DNA of 64,000 nt from an uncultured virus (IMG/VR IMGVR_UViG_3300014205_004150) (lineage: Duplodnaviria > Heunggongvirae > Uroviricota > Caudoviricetes). The stretch's first letter is position 1. Each line of letters starts with the position of its first letter. The stretch is from the IMG/VR virus record IMGVR_UViG_3300014205_004150. One strand, written 5' to 3'. The notes beneath the pieces were generated by a model that was not told where the DNA came from, did not search any database, and was given only the letters and a program-made list of their open reading frames with translations. Positions 58,746 through 64,000 of this stretch are shown here, piece after piece. A program made the position numbers and the translations under genes.

Positions 58746-58952
58746 TTATTTCGTTATTGTCTTCAACAATTTGAATTTTGGAGTGTTATTATCGGTTTTA
58801 TACCACGCAACCACACGTGTTTCGCGCACACCTTCATCTTTTAACACCATTTTTGCTATGCGCTCTGCCAAAACTTTGTTGTTTGTTTTTGCAACAAATT
58901 TCTGACGCCCACTTACAACCTTCGTAATGTCATAATATCGTATCTTGTTCAC
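58746..58952 (-). CDS. Small hypothetical protein
   Basis: GTGA-coupled to the upstream gene. Confidence 0.6.
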   Translation of the reverse strand: MNKIRYYDITKVVSGRQKFVAKTNNKVLAERIAKMVLKDEGVRETRVVAWYKTDNNTPKFKLLKTITK

Positions 58953-59476
58953 TTTCTCACCGATGGTTTTGAAGTTTTAACTCGCTTCACTTTTTTTACT
59001 GATTTTACAACACGATATTTCGGAACGCGTCGCGCGAATTCATACCCAACACCACGAATTTCTATGGTCCATCCCGCATTATCATCGTGTTTGAACCACA
59101 ATTCATGCCCACCGTCCTCATTTTGTAGTATAACTTCGCCATCGCCCAAATATTTTACCAGCTTGTATCCAGCCTGTGAAAGTGTCTGACGGAATTGAGA
59201 CCCAATCTGTCTCCCCTCCATGTTTTCTCGCATTCTTGTGCTGTAATAACCACGACCACCAGTTGCATAATATTCCTCTGCTTCCGCCATGGTCATGAAA
59301 TCGTTGTACGCTCGTGTCGCACACCCACACTTCATACCAAAAAAGTCACCGGTACTCGGATAATAAAACGCCTGTGTTCCGGGTTTTATTTCTGCTCTAC
59401 AGTTTGCACAGACACACGGATACTTTACAGATACCCATCTCGGGTCTCTCTTATAATATTTTTTAACATTATACAT
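58949..59476 (-). CDS. Two-domain protein (Zn-binding N domain) with basic C-terminal tail
   Basis: DPRW..KYP..CANC..IKPG; ends KSVKKVKRVKTSKPSVRK. Confidence 0.75.
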   Translation of the reverse strand: MYNVKKYYKRDPRWVSVKYPCVCANCRAEIKPGTQAFYYPSTGDFFGMKCGCATRAYNDFMTMAEAEEYYATGGRGYYSTRMRENMEGRQIGSQFRQTLSQAGYKLVKYLGDGEVILQNEDGGHELWFKHDDNAGWTIEIRGVGYEFARRVPKYRVVKSVKKVKRVKTSKPSVRK

Positions 59477-59478
59477 GG

Positions 59479-59691
59479 TTATTTCACCTTCTTTTTAGTT
59501 TTTGTTGTTCTGGAAAACCTGACAGGCGCTCGGTAATTTTTTGGTGTCTTCTTCAGGTCTGGTTCATCGAGTATACCGCTAACAATCGCTCTCGTCAAAT
59601 CATTATAATTAATATAAGATTCGCCACCAATGATGTCGTCACGCCAATTAACCTGCATCCAATTTATCAACTTTTTCTTAGATATTCCCAT
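59479..59691 (-). CDS. Small protein with basic C-terminal tail
   Basis: Ends RTTKTKKKVK. Confidence 0.7.
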   Translation of the reverse strand: MGISKKKLINWMQVNWRDDIIGGESYINYNDLTRAIVSGILDEPDLKKTPKNYRAPVRFSRTTKTKKKVK

Positions 59692-59692
59692 A

Positions 59693-60334
59693 TCACTTCA
59701 CCTTACCTTTTCCTGTCTTCCGCATCTGGACAATATCACCGACATATTTTTTAATTTCTTTCCGTATTGCCGATATACGGCACGTTTGCTCTTGTGCGGA
59801 GGTTCTGCAGCCTTCGATGGAATATGTAAAAGGAATCGTAGACCCGACCCGTTTAAACCGCGCATTATAATCTCCGGGGTATACATTACCATCGATGCCC
59901 CTTCCCCATGTGAGTTTTCCTAACGGGTCTGGATGCTTGTTTTCAGAATCAACAAATACCAAATTTTCACGACCCCATTCGGTATGAACCATTGGTATAA
60001 GCATTCCTTTCCGTTTTTCTCCAAAATTTGAAACGCGTTTTCGTTTTGCTGGTTTTCCAATCCTTTTTTTCGAAGACTGCATTTTAACTCTCATCGCGAG
60101 TCTATCGATATCCGGGTATGTACCAAAATCAACATTATCAATAATTACCGCATCTCTATCAAAATTTTCGATTGCAAGTAAAAGCAATTTTCTCGCTTCG
60201 GTATAACTATCAGTTGTGAATCCTTTAGGAACCCTGCTATTTGCCATTATGTAGTATCGATGCCCGGACACATACCCATATTTGTTGAAAATCTTTTCAC
60301 GTTCTTTCAACACCAATTCATTTAAAGTTGTCAT
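59693..60334 (-). CDS. Two-domain protein with basic linker and tail
   Basis: Internal SSKKRIGKPAKRKR; ends RKTGKGKVK. Confidence 0.75.
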   Translation of the reverse strand: MTTLNELVLKEREKIFNKYGYVSGHRYYIMANSRVPKGFTTDSYTEARKLLLLAIENFDRDAVIIDNVDFGTYPDIDRLAMRVKMQSSKKRIGKPAKRKRVSNFGEKRKGMLIPMVHTEWGRENLVFVDSENKHPDPLGKLTWGRGIDGNVYPGDYNARFKRVGSTIPFTYSIEGCRTSAQEQTCRISAIRKEIKKYVGDIVQMRKTGKGKVK

Positions 60335-60801
60335 TTACGTTTCACCGACCGTTTAGTTGTTTTTTTAGTTTTACGTTCGAACAAATCTCGCACACTTTTT
60401 GCAATTCGTATTTGGTTTGAAATAGTATATAAAGGTTGCATAGTTTTTGTTTTATAATCCGCAAAAAAACCAGATGCTGGTCTATACCACTCCTGTTTGC
60501 AACAATTGCATTTAAAAACTATAGAATCTTCATCCAATTGCGTGACTCTGGAAAACCCATCACAATATGGGCAGTATTGAAAACTATATCCAATCACAGA
60601 TTGGGCACGGGTTGAACGCCTTTTAGAAGACATTAAAGCCCGTCTATCCACAAACTCGCAACCACAATCATTACACTGGATATACCCCCACGTTCCCCAC
60701 GATGGTTCCGTGTTTGCGCGTTTACACTCCGGGCAAATTGTCCTGAAAGTGTTAACATCACCCCTTGGTTTTCTTTTTTTCGTTTTGACAGGTGTTACCA
60801 T
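60331..60801 (-). CDS. Double Zn-ribbon protein with basic tails
   Basis: CPEC/CNDC and CPYC/CNCC; MVTPVKTKKRKPR; KTKKTTKRSVKRK. Confidence 0.75.
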   Translation of the reverse strand: MVTPVKTKKRKPRGDVNTFRTICPECKRANTEPSWGTWGYIQCNDCGCEFVDRRALMSSKRRSTRAQSVIGYSFQYCPYCDGFSRVTQLDEDSIVFKCNCCKQEWYRPASGFFADYKTKTMQPLYTISNQIRIAKSVRDLFERKTKKTTKRSVKRK

Positions 60802-60845
60802 ACTATAAATATATGAACACACAAATATAAATAAGTTTCCTAAAA

Positions 60846-62573
60846 TTATAAATTTATGAATATTTTTGCTATTTCGTCCCGAATCTGCTCTTCTGACTTG
60901 TAGTGCATTACCGTGTTGTCAGTTGTCCCGTATAACCTGTGAGCAAGTTCGTGCGCGATTGTCGTAATATTCGCGAGCAGAGCCTTCAGTTCGTGCTGCC
61001 CGATACCCTCTCCATACAGGTGGAACCTCTTGAGACCAAGATGTTTCCTGTCGAGAACAATATGATTTTCATATGCGACACCACCGACCCGAAGAGTTTC
61101 TTTGTCGATGACCATCCCGCCGAGTTTCGTGGTGACCACAAGCTTCAGATCCCCAATCTGGAACGTTTTGTGGTCAAGGTTGTAGTACGCACTAATCCTG
61201 TTCAGAATCCGCATAAACGAAATCTCCTTTTCGGTCTTGAGATATCTGTTGTTGATTGTAATCGTCTTTTCAACACCGTTTTCAAGTTCAGAGATGTGGG
61301 GCACGTTGTGTTTCTGGTATACCCTCTCCTGCAGGATGTTGTTTGCAACATGAACAACAATCCGGTAATATTCCGCCTTTGCCTTCAGTTCTGCAGACGA
61401 TTCAAGTTCTTCCGCACGCATCCACACGACTTTTTTGTTCTTCTTGATAACATCCTTGAGCAGAACCCCACGGGGCTTTTGCGTTGAAAACACTGCCCTG
61501 CCCACAATAGGTGACGTTATTGATTCGTCCTCGACTTCATAATCTTCGGGGTTAACACCAACAGGGACGACCGCAGATATAGACGCAGAAGCCATTGCCG
61601 GGGCGGTTTCAGAAGTTGTGTTATGCTCAACCATGTTTACCCCGTCAACCGTGATAAACTTCTCAAACTGGTCAACAGACAACACACTGTCGATACTCTT
61701 TGCATATCTGTCAACAAGTTTGTTGTCGGTTGCATTTTTGAGGAAATCCATGTATAAATCCTCGACACAACTCTTCACGTTTTTTGCAAACCTCTCAAAC
61801 TTCTCATTCCTGACAACGGATGTTCTGTCGGGAGCCTTGAGATTCAGAGCCTTCCCGTTCATTTCGATGATGCCAGTCGTGTTCCATATTTCAGGGAACG
61901 AGCACACCTTCCTGCGCTCGTAGTAAAGAACCGGTGTTTCCCAGCTCTTTTCGGTGATTGCAAATCTCGCAGAAAACCGAGAGTTGTTGTATTCCTTCAC
62001 CCACTCTCCGCGCACGTCTGCAAGGATATTTTTCTTTGAAACTTTCTCCCCGTTGACAAAAATATCAAATGGCTGTAACTCTCCGACACGTTTTATTTCC
62101 GACCAGATTTTTTCAATGTTCCCACCATCTCGCGAGAAAAACGGCGAGAGCAGCACGACTTTAAACCCTCGCATGGATGGGATTGTTGAAACTTCTGCTT
62201 CTGGAGATCCGGTGGCAAAGATATTGTCAACATCGACAACTGCCTCCCACGCACCACTAGAAATAACCGCACGGGTCAGCCCGGGAACCGCAAGGAAAGA
62301 CCATAACCCAATGCCGAACCCCTCATCGGTACTATTCCACTCGCTGTAGTCGAGTGTGAGAACCGGACGCGGTGTCTTGCACCCACACCCATCATCAGCA
62401 ATTAAGAAACCTCCCTCTTTGATTTCAAAATACACCGTTTTCGCACCGGCACGGTAACTGTTCTGCAGAAGTTCCGTAACGAAGACCAGCGGTGAATCAA
62501 AAACGTCACCATCGCGGATTTTGTTCAACTTCTGCCTTGCATCCGATGTGATTGCAACTTTTGTCATCTTCAC
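60846..62573 (-). CDS. GHKL (HSP90/MutL-like) ATPase with C-terminal HExxH motif
   Basis: ELLQNS, DDGCG, GFGIG; C-terminal IAHELAH...H. Confidence 0.75.
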   Translation of the reverse strand: MKMTKVAITSDARQKLNKIRDGDVFDSPLVFVTELLQNSYRAGAKTVYFEIKEGGFLIADDGCGCKTPRPVLTLDYSEWNSTDEGFGIGLWSFLAVPGLTRAVISSGAWEAVVDVDNIFATGSPEAEVSTIPSMRGFKVVLLSPFFSRDGGNIEKIWSEIKRVGELQPFDIFVNGEKVSKKNILADVRGEWVKEYNNSRFSARFAITEKSWETPVLYYERRKVCSFPEIWNTTGIIEMNGKALNLKAPDRTSVVRNEKFERFAKNVKSCVEDLYMDFLKNATDNKLVDRYAKSIDSVLSVDQFEKFITVDGVNMVEHNTTSETAPAMASASISAVVPVGVNPEDYEVEDESITSPIVGRAVFSTQKPRGVLLKDVIKKNKKVVWMRAEELESSAELKAKAEYYRIVVHVANNILQERVYQKHNVPHISELENGVEKTITINNRYLKTEKEISFMRILNRISAYYNLDHKTFQIGDLKLVVTTKLGGMVIDKETLRVGGVAYENHIVLDRKHLGLKRFHLYGEGIGQHELKALLANITTIAHELAHRLYGTTDNTVMHYKSEEQIRDEIAKIFINL

Positions 62574-62620
62574 TCACTCCTTTTGTATACAAAGTAATAG
62601 TAACTAATAGTATATATATG
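62574..62620 (-). promoter_or_regulatory. TATA box + TTTGTATACAAA palindrome + GGAGTG RBS
   Basis: Minus strand reads ATATATA-N~18-TTTGTATACAAAAGGAGTGA. Confidence 0.6.
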
Positions 62621-62673
62621 TTTTTAATTAGATATGCACACATAGTTTTAATATATTTGAAATCATAACGTTA

Positions 62674-62919
62674 ATGGGTATAAACATGCCATATGGAAGA
62701 ATGAAAACAAACAAACTCGACAGAGACCAACAGAATCGTGTAGGAGTAGAATTTATAACGGAAAGAAACAACGAACAGTTTGGCGACAAAATAAAAGAAA
62801 ACGGTGGCGCAATTGCATCCACATCAAAAACACAAATGCGCACGGTTTTGAAAGTGTATTTACCAGAAGACAAAATTTATGATGTGAAGGATTATTGGAT
62901 TAAAAATTGTTTAAGTTAA
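62674..62919 (+). CDS. Hypothetical protein
   Basis: 81 aa ORF divergent from the GHKL gene. Confidence 0.5.
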   Translation: MGINMPYGRMKTNKLDRDQQNRVGVEFITERNNEQFGDKIKENGGAIASTSKTQMRTVLKVYLPEDKIYDVKDYWIKNCLS

Positions 62920-62923
62920 TTTT

Positions 62924-63565
62924 TCAGACTCCATACACGCAATAACCATCACCATATTGGATTATTCGAGCCTTATAATCCCTTCCTTCTTTTCTCCAAA
63001 TTCTAGCAAAATTTTCAGCCTGTGCACGCGACAACAATCCGGATTTAGTTTTCCCATCCTCGTAGTGGTCATTAAGCAAATAATACGCTTCGCCTTCAAA
63101 ATATTTTACAGCGGGTGGCGAAGTAATCCTCCGGTATATCGGTCGAACCGACCCATCGGGACGCACGCGCATTACTTTCCTGCTATCATCATATTCCTTG
63201 TAGACTGGATAATATGCAATTTTTTGGCGCGAGCCTATTGGCGGTTGCGATGTTCTTTTCTTTTTAACCAACTTCTTAACCGACTTTGTTTTTCGATTTT
63301 TAAAAGATTTCCTATCTATCGCCTCGATAAGATCCATAGACATCATGTCTAACTCGCGTGCAGCGTTATCCCAATTTCCAGTATATCCATGGTCACGACC
63401 AAGCATCTTCACGTAGTTATTATATGCCACGGTTTTCTGTTCATCAACTATCGATTGCCGTTGTCGCAACACATTTAACGGCAGGTTCATTAAATACTTA
63501 ATGTGCTTCTCGCGCTCTTCTTTCGAACGCATTACAAGCCCGCCGGTTTGGTTATATCTACTCAT
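62924..63565 (-). CDS. Modular protein with basic linker; C domain paralogous to 5322-5519
   Basis: KNRKTKSVKKLVKKKR; AENFARIWRKEGRDYKARIIQYGDGYCVY. Confidence 0.75.
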   Translation of the reverse strand: MSRYNQTGGLVMRSKEEREKHIKYLMNLPLNVLRQRQSIVDEQKTVAYNNYVKMLGRDHGYTGNWDNAARELDMMSMDLIEAIDRKSFKNRKTKSVKKLVKKKRTSQPPIGSRQKIAYYPVYKEYDDSRKVMRVRPDGSVRPIYRRITSPPAVKYFEGEAYYLLNDHYEDGKTKSGLLSRAQAENFARIWRKEGRDYKARIIQYGDGYCVYGV

Positions 63566-63579
63566 ATTGTTTTCACCAC

Positions 63580-63774
63580 CTATTTTTGGAACATACTGCC
63601 GATTCCTTTTGCCATGCCAAACAACATTGTCAACCCGACACCGGTTATGGCAAGTTTTCCGACCGCGCTCATAGAATCGTCTGCTGTTTTTTTCAACGAA
63701 TCACCACTCGTTGTTTTCTTCGTCTGTTTTGGTTTATACCAATTTGATGGGTCAAACGCACTTGGTTGTTTCAT
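63580..63774 (-). CDS. Small protein, paralog of 58502-58699
   Basis: KPKQTKKTT...DDSMSAVGKLAITGVGLTMLFGMAKGIGSMF. Confidence 0.75.
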   Translation of the reverse strand: MKQPSAFDPSNWYKPKQTKKTTSGDSLKKTADDSMSAVGKLAITGVGLTMLFGMAKGIGSMFQK

Positions 63775-63864
63775 ACTATTAAATTAGTCTACAACATATA
63801 AATAATTTGCGCAATATAAAAATACAAAACGGTCTAAAAAGGAAAATACAAAAAAATAAATGAT

Positions 63865-63999
63865 TTAGCGGGAGATTCCGCTAGTATACGTGAAGTACTG
63901 GTCGAAGGTAAATGTTCCTACGGCAGTAGTAACTTCACGGTATGTCGTAATTCCGTCCGGAACCGGCGGGCGACCGACAGTCACAAACTTCTCGGGGGT
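63865..63999 (-). CDS. 3' end of an unidentified gene truncated by the window edge
   Basis: TPEKFVTVGRPPVPDGITTYREVTTAVGTFTFDQYFTYTSGISR*; followed by a T-rich tract. Confidence 0.6.
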   Translation of the reverse strand, partial: TPEKFVTVGRPPVPDGITTYREVTTAVGTFTFDQYFTYTSGISR

Positions 64000-64000
64000 A

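Noticed and set aside
1..64000. Calling the element a Borg
   Set aside because: Only one short tandem repeat is seen and genes switch strand often; the window gives no positive evidence for that class.
1..64000. tRNA, rRNA, CRISPR, integrase, transposase, capsid or terminase genes
   Set aside because: None recognisable by eye; divergent ones could be missed without a search.

Overview
This is AT-rich archaeal DNA. The evidence is TATA/BRE boxes about 25 nt before leaderless ATGs, GGTGA/GAGGTG ribosome-binding sites, and an AglB gene. I recognised no ribosomal, tRNA or core housekeeping genes, so I infer a large archaeal virus or extrachromosomal element. A methanogen host, possibly Methanomicrobiales, is a guess from the AglB, NrdJ and sugar-enzyme styles. 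No capsid, terminase or replication hallmark is recognisable. The window has three kinds of DNA. (1) The arms (about 0.3-9.7 kb and 55-64 kb, plus 21.7-23.1 and 26.4 kb) are packed with small unrelated ORFs. About 25 of them carry a 12-35 aa Lys/Arg/Thr/Pro-rich tail, and one separately promoted micro-ORF consists of the tail alone (MVKKKTKKTAKKKRR). (2) Nucleic-acid genes: a class II ribonucleotide reductase with two tandem mini-inteins bracketing its catalytic loop, two methyltransferases of DNA MTase type, a Bro-like regulator, a kinase-like P-loop protein and an Rnl2-family RNA ligase. (3) An apparently self-contained glycosylation system, mostly in 23.8-51.6 kb: AglB, a Dol-P glycosyltransferase and two GT-C enzymes (13-20 kb), four GT4-type enzymes, Wzm/Wzt, a WbpA/B/E/D/I-type diacetamido-uronic acid pathway (WbpB frameshifted at an A6 run) and sugar-tailoring enzymes. 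Window-wide patterns are apparent CCWGG avoidance, a strand-fixed compositional skew, a recurring TTGTATACA palindrome at promoters and long intergenic hairpins. All family calls come from motifs read by eye; no database search was run.
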